DNA from: Oligoflexia bacterium
Lineage (GTDB): Bacteria; Bdellovibrionota; Bdellovibrionia; JABDDW01
Assembly: GCA_043732305.1 (NCBI GenBank)
Contig: JAYTHU010000177.1
Location: forward strand, 1-61,922
Direction: 5' to 3'
DNA: 61,922 nt
Shown here: one piece after another, positions 42,925 through 53,176 of the stretch
Layout of the letters: every line of letters starts with the position of its first letter
Numbering within the stretch: the stretch's first letter is position 1
The notes under the pieces: model-generated
What the model was told of the DNA's origin: nothing
Database searches by the model: none
Seen by the model: the letters and a program-made list of their open reading frames with translations, nothing else
Made by a program: the position numbers and the translations under genes

Positions 42925-44080
42925 GCCAGGAAAGCATCCAAACGATGAGCAGTGGATAAATTTTTGTGTCTGAGAACTTTATCAAACGTGCGGCCCAACT
43001 CAAAAATGCGACAAACAATAAAACTCCACCAGTCACCAACATGAATAAAAAACTATTGTCTATCACGATATTAGTGAACCCCATTCCAGCTATTCCAAAC
43101 CAAGGATGTTTCGGAATCAGAAATAACCAGGCTTTCCATATGAGCGTTCTTGACAAAAAATTCTGCACCTTCCAAGAAATCCAAAGCTTAGGAAGGAATA
43201 ACGAAAGTATGGCCATTGAAAGTCCAATTAAAAGAAGTACACCCGCTCTCGCTTTAGTTGGCAATCGCGAAAATATCAAAAAGGCAATGCCCATAATAGC
43301 GGCTAAAAACCCGGTTGCTGACTGGGTCAGCACTAGCGCAAAACAGATCGATGGAAAGACTAGTAAAAAAATATAATTTTCTCTAAAATCTTCAAAGATG
43401 ATTTGAAATGTGAGAACCAAAGTTAATCCATACACCATTGCTGCTTCAAGAGGAGAAGAAAAGGTTCCATAAGATCGATCCGACCAGGTTTTCCCCCTCT
43501 CATAATTATATATTTCAGAAAGCTTAATCAAATTAAAATGCTCAGCCAAGCTCAATAAGCTAGAAATAAAAACAATGACGACGACACTTTTAATAAAAAA
43601 CTGTAGGTAATTTTCATTTTTATCATCGTTTCGAAAAACCTGAGAAACAATCCAAGGGGTTGAAAAAATACCCATCCAACGAAAAAGCTTAATAATGTCA
43701 CGGCTGAATTTAAAGCTGTCGTCCTGACCCAATTCTGCAGCGTAAATAGAAATCTCAGCTCCCACATTTCTTCGAAAATACCCAAAAATAAAGCAAACCA
43801 TCAACGATAATAATATCCAAAGCAGAGGTTTTGGGGGAAGTCGGACCTTACCAGCGCATAATCTCCAGCAATAAAGAATAAACAATGGCAGCAGGAGAAT
43901 TTCTGCAGCAAAAACTGTTTTTTCTCTAACAGAAATCCCGGGCACGAGAACAATGGCCACTACATAGACAATTATAAAAACGTGAGCTTTTGAAAGAGAT
44001 TTAAGTTTGATCATATTCCTGACAAAAATTTTAGCATAATTTGAGACAATGGCAAAGAAATTGGAGTGACTTTTTTTGAC

Positions 44081-44412
44081 CTAACGGGATGTTGAAAAGG
44101 CCAAATTGACCATTATTTCCAAATTTTTTTAAATGTCGTCAAGCATAGATACAAAGAAAATCACAACAAGAAGACATGTTTAGTTACCTTTCGAGGGAAG
44201 ATTCCATCTCCAAGAAACATCCTCTTCGCAAAGTCGATACACTTCTAGGTGAGATGTGGTCAGATTTTGACAATCTCTATTCAGAAACTAATCGTCCGAG
44301 AATTCCGCCGGAGCAAAGATTGAGGGATCTTCTTCCGCAGGTATTGTTCACGATCCGCAGTGAGCCACAGATGGCCTAACAGGTTCGCTGCAATTTATTA
44401 TATCGATAGTTC
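44081..44412 (+). mobile_element. IS5-family (DUF772-type) transposase remnant with probable left end
   Basis: MFSYLSRED..HPLRK...LYS..NRPRIPPEQ...IRSEPQM*QVRCNLLYR; end-like CTAACGGGATGTTGAAAA at 44081. Confidence 0.75.
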
Positions 44413-44629
44413 CCCAGCCAGAAGTAGAGGTGATGACTAGATTCTTTGGTAAAAGAGGAGCCTTTTGCCGGATTGAGGTATCTTGCATAAAGATTGGCCA
44501 AAAGACCCATTTTTGCGGCCTGTCTAGAAGTTCACTAGGAATTTTATACTTCGAATTTATAATAAACTATTTATATTTAAATTTTTTATACTGTTTCTAT
44601 TTTTTATGTCTGCAGATTTTCAAATATTC

Positions 44630-45462
44630 TCCACTTATGGGATTCGAAAATAACTACGCATTGCATCTCCCAACTTGTGACCTGTATTGGAAAAATGTGT
44701 ATAAGCTTTTTATATGTGCCCACAATCTCGAAATGGTTTCATGGGCCATTTCAAAAGCTTTTCTAAAATTGGAACAACCTAAGGCTTGTATCTAGTTACA
44801 TAAAAAAGCCAGCATCATCAGATGAACCATATTCGCGGGTAGATACTTGTAACCATGACCAAAATTATGCTGAAAATTATAGCCTTGGCTTTTAACGCAT
44901 TGAAAGTTTCATTGTCAATCTTCCCTCTTGTTCTACCAGCTTTTGCAATCTCTTCGCAGTTAGAGTCATAAATAGAAAGATCCGAAATCCAAGAGCAATG
45001 AATTCTATTTTTCTTTAGTACTCCACGTTTTCCTACCCATTGAATAGTTTCTGTGAAATCTAAAAAATTAACTCCTTTTGTTAAATCAGCATTTGCTAAA
45101 ACAACACCATTGGTAAATCCATAAACTCGAATCCTCTTTTTCTTAACCTCTATAAATTCATCTCTCCCATGTTTTCTACTTAAAGTTTTGGCCTCACTGA
45201 TGAGCGCCTGCGCTCGTCTTAAATTTTCAGAAGCATTTTCTTTTAAAAGCTGGTCTATTAATTGATGAAGATCAGAAAATATGAATTTTGATTGCTGTAG
45301 AATATATTGCGCTGTCGTTGATCGATAAATTTGGGAGTTTTTAGCACAATGATTCTCGTCAATTCTCCTCTGACCGAGACTTCTTTTTATCTTTTCATAG
45401 ACTCCCATTATTTCTAAGCCCTTGTAATTCTCAATCATGTTGGGAAAAATTTTTAAAATCAA
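44630..45462 (-). mobile_element. Degraded DDE transposase (ISNCY/IS4-like) with frameshift and stops
   Basis: CSWISDL...AGRTRGKIDNETFNALK, then in another frame HNFGHG...LMMLAFL. Confidence 0.7.
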
Positions 45463-45526
45463 ATATAGATATCATTTGATTTATCCCTGAAAAAGTGCGG
45501 TCACAAATTCAGCTAGCCATCTTGCA

Positions 45527-45793
45527 TCAGGTATAGTTTTTTTTGACTCTGCCCATTTTTATTTTATTGAATGAACATATTTTATGATTTAAATCGTGTT
45601 CCCTGGAGTACTCGCCCTTAGTTCGACTGAAATTCCAGGCTGCAATCAGATGCTCTCGCCAGAAATTATCGCCAGATCCGCTCACCACTGTTTCCATTGT
45701 CTCGTTCATACGGTTCTCCATTATTTCAAACGAAAGCCGATTATATTACACTATTACTATTTTATGAAATGGTGGGACCGAAGGAGCGCTTAC
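45527..45793 (-). mobile_element. IS66-family left end plus truncated TnpA-like ORF (45527-45721)
   Basis: Minus strand GTAAGCGCTCCTTCGGTCCCACC starting at 45793 resembles IS66 termini; FWREHLIAAW...EYSREHDL resembles TnpA. Confidence 0.65.
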
Positions 45794-46137
45794 GTTCATC
45801 AACGAAATGCTGGACATCTTGGACGACAATTTTAGGTGGAAATTCAATAGTGTTGCATGCCAGGGCGGACTGGGTTCGCACAGCACAAACGGCCTTCGAA
45901 TATTTTGTGGTGAATGTGACAGCGGAAGCCTGACAAGCTCGATCCAATTCGTCCTTGTCTAGAGTTTTACATTTCGTATTGGCGTCCGTGTAATCTTTCA
46001 ACACTTGTTTTCCACAGACTCCGCTATCTGAATTCATGCCTGTGTTTTACGGCACAGAGGGAATTCCATCACTGTGGCAACTTGACAGAGCGGCTGTCGA
46101 AATAAAAAACACAAATTAATCCAAATATTTTTCGCAT
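45794..46137 (-). pseudogene. Degraded lipoprotein gene truncated by the IS66 end
   Basis: MRKIFGLICVF, frameshift in T run, ISTAALSSC lipobox, in-frame TAA, then the Cys-rich ORF 45762-46037 that reads into the IS end. Confidence 0.55.
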
Positions 46138-46240
46138 AAAATCTTCTTCGGACTTTCACAATTGATTACAACTCAAGCGGACCTTATCTACCAGAGAGTA
46201 CAGTTTCAAGAAGAAAAATGTGAACTTGCCAAGTCGGATT

Positions 46241-46966
46241 TTAAGTGAGTTTTTGTTCCACGTTCTGATTAATTTTAGCGAGTTCAGGATGTTCCACTAA
46301 TAAGTCTAATATATCTTCGAGAGTGAATTTTGACTTTTTGTGAGTGAGTTTTAGGAGAATTTTTTCAATCAGAAGGAAGTCTTCGGGAGTGTCCACAGTG
46401 AGACGGTACTGACTGGAGTCAGTGGTTGCGGCAAAATTTGCCAGTTTAAAAGTTTCTGGATTATTATAGATAAACGATGTCACGTGCTCTCTTTCGGATG
46501 GCTTTCGGGCTTTATTGTTTGCTGTAGCTAAAGCGGAGAGAGTAAAAACTTCGGTGTCCATTCCTCTGGGAAAAGTTCTTTCCAACGTGTTTGAGACATA
46601 ATCAAAATTTCCATTTTTAAAAACTTCAATGACGTTTTTCACCACTTGCGGATCAATAAGTGGACAGTCGCTTGTAAGCCGCACGATGATGTCCGCCTTA
46701 AACTTAATTGCAGTTTCATAATACCTGCGCAAGACGTCGGTTTCTGAGCCTCTAAAAAAAGGCACGGCATTCTGTTTTGCAAATTCAGCAACGAGATCAT
46801 CGGCGGGATTGATGGTGGTTGCGATCACGATCTCGGAGTCTTTTCTCAGAGGTTCAAGTCTTTCCAACTGATGACGGAGTAATTCTTTTCCTAAGACTTT
46901 TTTAAATATTTTCCCGGGAAGACGAACTGACTGCATCCTGGCCTGAATAATGATGAGGCACTTCAT
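46241..46966 (-). CDS. spsF: SpsF-type cytidylyltransferase (probable CMP-pseudaminic acid synthetase, PseF role)
   Basis: IIQARMQSVRLPGK, FRGSETDVL, RLTSDCPLID, REHVT, RLTVDTPED. Confidence 0.8.
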   Translation of the reverse strand: MKCLIIIQARMQSVRLPGKIFKKVLGKELLRHQLERLEPLRKDSEIVIATTINPADDLVAEFAKQNAVPFFRGSETDVLRRYYETAIKFKADIIVRLTSDCPLIDPQVVKNVIEVFKNGNFDYVSNTLERTFPRGMDTEVFTLSALATANNKARKPSEREHVTSFIYNNPETFKLANFAATTDSSQYRLTVDTPEDFLLIEKILLKLTHKKSKFTLEDILDLLVEHPELAKINQNVEQKLT

Positions 46967-48309
46967 ATGGGATTGATCCTTGCTAGTTCAACGAGATCTT
47001 TTTCGTCGAGCTTATGATTAAGAGCAAATGAGTCCGCCTGGGGTCTCAGCTTCTCGTCGATAGCTCGTGTTGATTGAGGTTTGAACCCTATTCTATTGTC
47101 CCTATACCGTTTAAGCGTTTTGCCGAAAGGAACAAATGGAGAAACGTAAAAAACAAATTTCTGGGCAAGGGCTAAGAGCACGCTGAATTTTTTGAATTGA
47201 ACCGCAGGCGAATTGTTCTTCATAAAATGATCGATTAGATTAGCTGCCCGCATGTGATTCTTGCCATCATCAAATTGAATGGTGTCTTTAATTATCTGTT
47301 CACGTGTTTTCCCTTTTTCCTCAAAACCTGGAATTTTTCCACTTGAGTAGAAGGAATCAAAAGCTTCTTGCAGTTCCGTCACGGTTTTTAAAATAGGTGA
47401 ACCCTGAGAAATGTGAGACCGCATGAAGTCTGAAACTGTGGGGTTAATAATCAGAGTTTGTTTTCCAAGAAGCCAGGCTTCCATGCATGTGGTGGATTCA
47501 AATGCCATCCAAAGATCACAAGCGCTAAGAAGATCAGAAATTGTCTCTTCATTTTTTAAGCATAAGACGTTGGGAAAATCATTAAACCCAGTGATTTCGG
47601 TTTTACTAAAATCCATTGTTCCAGGGTGAGCTTTAAAAACAAACAATATTTCCGGATTGTTTTTAATCATCTGGGAAAACACTTCTCTCAAAATAATGGC
47701 GTCTTTTTGAAAGCTTTTGACTTGTTCTTCGCCGTAAAGTTCGCAATGTAACTTATATCTTCTGTCTTCTGGAGAGAAGGTGTCGAGACTCCATGCCGCA
47801 TAACCCACTACCTTTTTGTAGTTCTTGCCGTATTTATTCAAGAGTTCTTCTTTTTTCATAAATTTGTAAATCATGTAACGATCAAAGCCAATCGCGCCGC
47901 TGACAAATATTTTTTCTGCAATTTGAGGTTCGCGGCCAATAGTGATATTTCGAGTCCGCTCTGACCATTGCAAAATTCTTTTCTGATAGACTACTCTTTC
48001 ATGATTCCAGCCCCAAATAAAAAAATCGTAAAGCCCTTCTACAAAATCTCCTTCATTGACGAAAGATATTGAAGGTAAATTGGCTTCTAAGACTGCTTTG
48101 CAAACAAACCCATTGAGATAGTCCCCCATAGTGTCGTTAGTGAGAATAAGTTTCGGCTTATGTTTTAGAATTGACCATCGCCAGTTGAAAATGGACTCGG
48201 TCTGAATGGTGTAACCCATGCGACAGAGTGCATATTTAACCAGTCGAAGAACTTCCGCATCTCGCCCACTGGTGTTCCATTCAAGAGAAAGGATGTCACA
48301 TTTGTACAT
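46963..48309 (-). CDS. Surface-carbohydrate protein, GT-B-like; candidate nonulosonic-acid transferase
   Basis: SGRD near N-terminus, GAIGFD, FKAHPG, ESTTCMEAWLLGK; sits directly upstream of the cytidylyltransferase. Confidence 0.55.
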   Translation of the reverse strand: MYKCDILSLEWNTSGRDAEVLRLVKYALCRMGYTIQTESIFNWRWSILKHKPKLILTNDTMGDYLNGFVCKAVLEANLPSISFVNEGDFVEGLYDFFIWGWNHERVVYQKRILQWSERTRNITIGREPQIAEKIFVSGAIGFDRYMIYKFMKKEELLNKYGKNYKKVVGYAAWSLDTFSPEDRRYKLHCELYGEEQVKSFQKDAIILREVFSQMIKNNPEILFVFKAHPGTMDFSKTEITGFNDFPNVLCLKNEETISDLLSACDLWMAFESTTCMEAWLLGKQTLIINPTVSDFMRSHISQGSPILKTVTELQEAFDSFYSSGKIPGFEEKGKTREQIIKDTIQFDDGKNHMRAANLIDHFMKNNSPAVQFKKFSVLLALAQKFVFYVSPFVPFGKTLKRYRDNRIGFKPQSTRAIDEKLRPQADSFALNHKLDEKDLVELARINPI

Positions 48310-48315
48310 GATTCA

Positions 48316-49206
48316 TCATTTTAAAGTCAGGGGGAGTGGCTCAGTGCCAGGAAAACCATATTTATCCGCATAAGGTCTTACGGCGGGATCAAACGAATGC
48401 GTCAAATCTGCTCTATAATCAAAAATCCTCATCACCGCTGCATAAGTAGGCTGGGCGGTGGTGTTTGCCGAGCTTGTATGGACCAAATTTTTATTGAAGA
48501 TTACTAAATCTTTGCGGTTTGCCACGACTGCTTTCTTTTCAAAACTCTCAAGTTCGGATGTGGGGATAGTGTATTGTTTTAGAAATTCACTTTTATTCAT
48601 TGTTTCCTCGTCATAGCCTTGAAATTCGGCGAATTGCCAATCAGTTTTCTTCTCCGACCCTAAGCTAAAATACATCGTGCCGTTGGCCTCGTTTTTATCC
48701 CTAAAAAACGGAAACCAAATGTTTAAAAAATTTCTCCTTTTGGCGTAGTACCCAATCTGCTCTGAGTGCCATAAGGTCAAAAGTCGTTTGACTGACGGAA
48801 GATTAATGAAAGGTATGGGGCCTGAAAAATTAAATATTTCTGGAGGGCAGTTCAAAAGCGAAGACGCTATTTTTAACAACGGTGCATAGGTGCAAAGGTC
48901 TTTACTGGCAATGGTGTTTTCATTGATGAAAATGGCTTGATGACCCGCTGCCTTGTAGGCGCCCTCAAATAATGGGAGGACATTATCTAGGTCTTCCATT
49001 CTATCGTAATCGACGGGATTGAGCCCTTTGCTCCCAATTTTTTCTTTCAAATTTTTTATCTTGAGCGCTTGAATATAGTAGCAAGATGTCAAAGATTTCT
49101 CCCATGAAGAGAGAAGTCTTTCGGACCAAAAATTTTTAATTATAACGTACCCGTCTTTTTCAAACGTTATCTTTAAGTCGCTCAAATCATTGTCATCAAA
49201 ATTCAT
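48316..49206 (-). CDS. Phytanoyl-CoA dioxygenase (PhyH) family Fe(II)/2OG oxygenase
   Basis: FEKDGYVII, WHSE (HxE), NIWFP, NGTM, LVHTSSAN. Confidence 0.8.
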   Translation of the reverse strand: MNFDDNDLSDLKITFEKDGYVIIKNFWSERLLSSWEKSLTSCYYIQALKIKNLKEKIGSKGLNPVDYDRMEDLDNVLPLFEGAYKAAGHQAIFINENTIASKDLCTYAPLLKIASSLLNCPPEIFNFSGPIPFINLPSVKRLLTLWHSEQIGYYAKRRNFLNIWFPFFRDKNEANGTMYFSLGSEKKTDWQFAEFQGYDEETMNKSEFLKQYTIPTSELESFEKKAVVANRKDLVIFNKNLVHTSSANTTAQPTYAAVMRIFDYRADLTHSFDPAVRPYADKYGFPGTEPLPLTLK

Positions 49207-49248
49207 TTCAACCTCGAATAAAGTTTGTGAACACAGCCCGCTGGAAAA

Positions 49249-50748
49249 CTAAATATTCTTAATCATTACGCATTCTTCATTATTTTTCTCAAAAAACTTG
49301 TAAGTGTAACCTGACTTAAGAAGTGCTTTTTGAGAAGCGATGTTTTTTACTAATACTCTTGAAAGCATGTATTGAATATGAGGGTAGTTTTTCTTAAGCC
49401 ATCGCCCACCTCGAATAAACATATGCGTGGCATAACCTTTTCCGTGATTTCCGGGAGCCATATAAAGAGCGGTGAACGCAAAATCAGGCTCCAAATCATA
49501 TCGGAGGATACCAACTGGTTTGCCATTAATTTGTGCAATAAGAATGATACGCTTTTCATTCAATAAACTTTTTTCGAACCATACACGGTGATCTTCATAG
49601 TCTGTTTTTTCAGAATTGAAAGAGTTGTCTCTCACTTCCGGGGAGTTGCGCCAGTCATAAACATCTTGGCAATCTTTAAGTTCAACACGTCTAAACTCAA
49701 TTAAAGCGGGAACAACTATGCAAGCTACTCTTTCGGCTCCATCTCCATCAACTAGTTCAGAGGACCTGATCGACAAGCTTTCGCACTTTTGTGGGTTCAT
49801 CACTAAATCATCAAAAGTTTTGCGAATTTTAAAACTTGAGACTGACTCGGCTGACCCCAGATAATATATGTATTCTTTCGCAGCCATTAGTTCTGCTGTC
49901 GCTTTTTGATTGGTTGCAACAGCAATCACAATGCTCGGAAGTCCAAGACAACACCTTTCCCAGGTCACAGATCCACCTCCACCAACATAAATATCTGCGG
50001 CAGCCATTAATTTCGACAGCGATGGTGGGTTAAAATGAATTTTTATATGGGGGGCGATTTTCTGGTAATTTTTTATTTCCTCAAGGTGTGGATTTGATTT
50101 TCCAATCACGATATTTATATTTAAATAACTTAAATCCTTCAGGGCAATTATAGCATTTTTAGCATCAAAGTTTTTATCAATTCCGCCAAAAAATACGAGA
50201 ACGTTTTTAATTCCTTCAAAATTTTTTTTTAATTTTTGACGTTCTTCTTTGAATTCTTTTTTTAGCAAAGCAAAAGTAGGTCCGATGAGTTTATGACATC
50301 GAGCTGGAATCAATGATGTATAAGCTAAATGAAAATCTTTTTTCAAGTTTGGATCAAGCAGCACATCGCAATCATGTTGACGATTTTCAAGGTCATCCAT
50401 AACTAAAATATTGCTCGAAAAATCTCTAGTCTTTTTTTCCCAAGTGATCGAAATTCCGTAATGATCTACAATGACCCAATCAGGCTTTTGACTTTGTTTT
50501 GAAATTATCTTCTGGGTTTCGATGAAATCGTCTTCTTCGTTGAAAGGTGAGGCCGAAGGGAGCTGTTCGACTGGATAACCTTCTTCTCGGATCATCGAGA
50601 CGACATTGCCTTCGTCCACCCGAGTTATAAAAAGAATGCTGCATCCTTTTTTACGTAGAACCTCTGCTAAAACCAATGTTCTTACGACATGACCAGTGCC
50701 TATTTGTAAGGACGAATCAACTCGAAAGACGCATAAGGGTTTATTCAT
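49249..50748 (-). CDS. pseG: PseG (UDP-diacetamido-trideoxy-altrose hydrolase) fused to PseH-like GNAT acetyltransferase
   Basis: RVDSSLQIGTGHVVR, VDHY, GGGSVTWERCCLGLP, ATNQ, DGDGAERV; C-terminal WRNSPEVR...HRVWF...GKGYA. Confidence 0.88.
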   Translation of the reverse strand: MNKPLCVFRVDSSLQIGTGHVVRTLVLAEVLRKKGCSILFITRVDEGNVVSMIREEGYPVEQLPSASPFNEEDDFIETQKIISKQSQKPDWVIVDHYGISITWEKKTRDFSSNILVMDDLENRQHDCDVLLDPNLKKDFHLAYTSLIPARCHKLIGPTFALLKKEFKEERQKLKKNFEGIKNVLVFFGGIDKNFDAKNAIIALKDLSYLNINIVIGKSNPHLEEIKNYQKIAPHIKIHFNPPSLSKLMAAADIYVGGGGSVTWERCCLGLPSIVIAVATNQKATAELMAAKEYIYYLGSAESVSSFKIRKTFDDLVMNPQKCESLSIRSSELVDGDGAERVACIVVPALIEFRRVELKDCQDVYDWRNSPEVRDNSFNSEKTDYEDHRVWFEKSLLNEKRIILIAQINGKPVGILRYDLEPDFAFTALYMAPGNHGKGYATHMFIRGGRWLKKNYPHIQYMLSRVLVKNIASQKALLKSGYTYKFFEKNNEECVMIKNI

Positions 50749-51761
50749 GCTAATTTCAGGACCGCTTGGATTTTATAGCCTAACAAGTTTCTGTGCAGAG
50801 TTTCTTCGTCAATTAATCCAAGTACTTTGCCACCGTGGGGTGCCTCGCCCAAGTAAGCGTCTTCATAATTTACAAAATTATTTACCACAGGAATTTCGGA
50901 AATGACAGTGATGAGACTCGAAACCCTGAATCCATTGTCTTGGGCTATCTTCGGCAAAGTTCTTGGAGAATAAATATTCACATGCTCAAGACCATCAAAC
51001 ATTTTGCATTTTTCTTGAAGAATTCTAGCTGCGAGTGCGCCAAAATTTGGAACTTGAATGAATACGACGCCATTGGGTTTCAAAAGATTTTTCATCATTT
51101 GAAGATATTTTTTTCCATCCTTTATATGTTCGAAAACATCCCATAATGTGATGGCATCAAACTTTTCTGGAAATTCAATATCTTCTAACATTTGGTTGTA
51201 AGCCTTGTGGCCCTTCTTAATTGCGTATGCAACTTCAGCCATATTAAGCTCCACACCATAAGTTTTCCATCCACCAGTTTTGGCTAGATCTAAAAAGACT
51301 CCAGTGGAGCAACCAATATCAAGAATAGTTCCCGGATTGACTTGACTGGAAATAGCATCAAGTCCCTTAGTATAAATACGTTTATAAAAATCGCTTTCGT
51401 TTTCTACTACTTCAGATTGAATCGTGTTGTTGCCGCCATAAAAAGTCCCAAGGGCTTTATCCGTAAAAACAGGATTTAAATATCCCATCTCACAGATATT
51501 GCATTTAACGTAAACTCCTCCGTCGGCGGAGAAAACTTTCCGATAGTCATTTTTGCTACATACCGGACAATATCTTGATTCTAAGTACTCTTTTTTGAAA
51601 AAACCCGTTTTCTCATCCTTAAACGAGTCATGATATTTTTTTGCCGCGTCATACATAAATTGACGGCCTTCATGAAGTTTTTTGGCACCAATGGCAAGGG
51701 CCATGTCTTCAGGACGGCTCTCTATTGATTTATCTGATTCGATTTCCATGGAGATTTTCAC
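50745..51761 (-). CDS. Class I SAM-dependent methyltransferase with CxxC...CxxC zinc motif
   Basis: CPVC...KCNIC, LDIGCSTG, WDVFEH, QVPN. Confidence 0.88.
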   Translation of the reverse strand: MKISMEIESDKSIESRPEDMALAIGAKKLHEGRQFMYDAAKKYHDSFKDEKTGFFKKEYLESRYCPVCSKNDYRKVFSADGGVYVKCNICEMGYLNPVFTDKALGTFYGGNNTIQSEVVENESDFYKRIYTKGLDAISSQVNPGTILDIGCSTGVFLDLAKTGGWKTYGVELNMAEVAYAIKKGHKAYNQMLEDIEFPEKFDAITLWDVFEHIKDGKKYLQMMKNLLKPNGVVFIQVPNFGALAARILQEKCKMFDGLEHVNIYSPRTLPKIAQDNGFRVSSLITVISEIPVVNNFVNYEDAYLGEAPHGGKVLGLIDEETLHRNLLGYKIQAVLKLA

Positions 51762-51810
51762 TGGTTTACCTCTATAGTTTTTTTAACATAATCAAGATTA
51801 CTAAACAACT

Positions 51811-52569
51811 TTACAGTCGAACAGGAATGCCCGCTTCACGCAATGTTTCTTTAACATTTCGGGGAGTAGTGCTGGTGAAATGATAAATACTAGCGGCCGC
51901 TACGGCGCTAGCTCCTCCATTTCGAATAGCATGAATAAAATCCGTAGTAACGCCCGCACCACCGCAAGCCACCACGGGAATATTGACCTTGGAGGTGACA
52001 CTTTTGATTAATTCAATGTCATACCCTTTCATCACTCCATCTTGGTCAATGCTATTTAGAAGAATTTCTCCGGCACCGAGTTTTTCTATTTTTTGAGCCC
52101 AATCAACCGGGTTTAAATTAGTTTTGTTTTTTCCGGAGTGAGTGAAAACACTATAAGTTCCATCGCTATTTTTCTTCGCATCGATAGAAACCACCACGCA
52201 TTGAGCACCAAATTCTTTTGAAATCGCAGCAATAAATTCGGGGGATTCTACTGCAGCTGTATTTATGGCAATCTTATCGGCACCATTTCTTATAATTTCT
52301 CGCACTTGCTCAACTGTTTTTATGCCTCCACCTACGGTGAGAGGCATAAAGCATTCGCTAGAAATATCGGAAATAATCTCTATACTGGGACCGCGTCCTT
52401 CATTGGTGGCTCGAATATCAAGTAAAACTAATTCGTCAACACCGCGAGTATCATAAATACGACTGACGGTTATGGGATTACCAAGAGTTCGGAAAGTCGT
52501 GAACTGAATGCTTTTGACCACATTGTATCCGGTCAAAAGGACAACGGGGAGAATTCGAGTTTTAAGCAT
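51811..52569 (-). CDS. hisF: HisF paralogue (WbuZ/HisF2-type, acetamidino modification)
   Basis: RILP, VDELVLLDI, PLTVGGGI, GADK, GAGEILL, DQDG; adjacent to amidotransferase. Confidence 0.88.
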   Translation of the reverse strand: MLKTRILPVVLLTGYNVVKSIQFTTFRTLGNPITVSRIYDTRGVDELVLLDIRATNEGRGPSIEIISDISSECFMPLTVGGGIKTVEQVREIIRNGADKIAINTAAVESPEFIAAISKEFGAQCVVVSIDAKKNSDGTYSVFTHSGKNKTNLNPVDWAQKIEKLGAGEILLNSIDQDGVMKGYDIELIKSVTSKVNIPVVACGGAGVTTDFIHAIRNGGASAVAAASIYHFTSTTPRNVKETLREAGIPVRL

Positions 52570-53176
52570 ATTCTAAAAAATTTCTTAAAATTTTGAGACC
52601 GTTAGCTTGACTCTTCTCTGGATGAAATTGAGTGCCGAAAATATTTTTAAAACTCACTGCGGCGGTTATATTTTCTCCGTAATTGACAACATTGACCGTC
52701 ACGCCAGCAGGAATATCAGTCATATGATAACTATGAACGAAGTAAAAATCCGGTTTTTCATTTAGTCCGCGCAAGAGAGGATTTCCTGCTATTGACTCCA
52801 AATTATTCCATCCCATGTGAGGGATGACAGGGCACAGTTTTGGATCGAGTTGCCTGACTTTTGCCCCCGGAATTATTCCGAGTCCTTCAAATTGGCCATT
52901 TTCAAAGCCTTCGGAAGCAAGAATTTGCATGCCCATGCAAAAACCTAAAAATGGAATATGTTTTTTGAGTGCTGCGCTTCGCAATGGTTCTATTAAATTA
53001 TATTTTTTAACACCGATCATACCAGATTCAAAGGTACTGACTCCCGGCAGAACAATTTTGGAGGCCCTTTCTATATCCGAAGCTTTATTAGTGAGGTTGA
53101 TTTCGGCGCCAACGCACTTCAACGCTTTGAGCACGCTTCCGATGTTGCCTACCCCTAAATCAACAACCGTGATCAC
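52562..53176 (-). CDS. hisH: HisH paralogue glutaminase (WbuY-type)
   Basis: GVGNIGSV, LPGV, GFCMGMQ, PHMGWN, YFVHSY, QFHPEKS. Confidence 0.9.
   Translation of the reverse strand: MITVVDLGVGNIGSVLKALKCVGAEINLTNKASDIERASKIVLPGVSTFESGMIGVKKYNLIEPLRSAALKKHIPFLGFCMGMQILASEGFENGQFEGLGIIPGAKVRQLDPKLCPVIPHMGWNNLESIAGNPLLRGLNEKPDFYFVHSYHMTDIPAGVTVNVVNYGENITAAVSFKNIFGTQFHPEKSQANGLKILRNFLEYA

Noticed and set aside
44430..44795. 121-aa plus-strand ORF
   Set aside because: Lies within and antisense to transposase debris, with no recognisable motifs.
51811..53176. hisF/hisH as histidine biosynthesis genes
   Set aside because: No other his genes nearby and they follow a WbuX-type amidotransferase, the known glycan-amidination arrangement.
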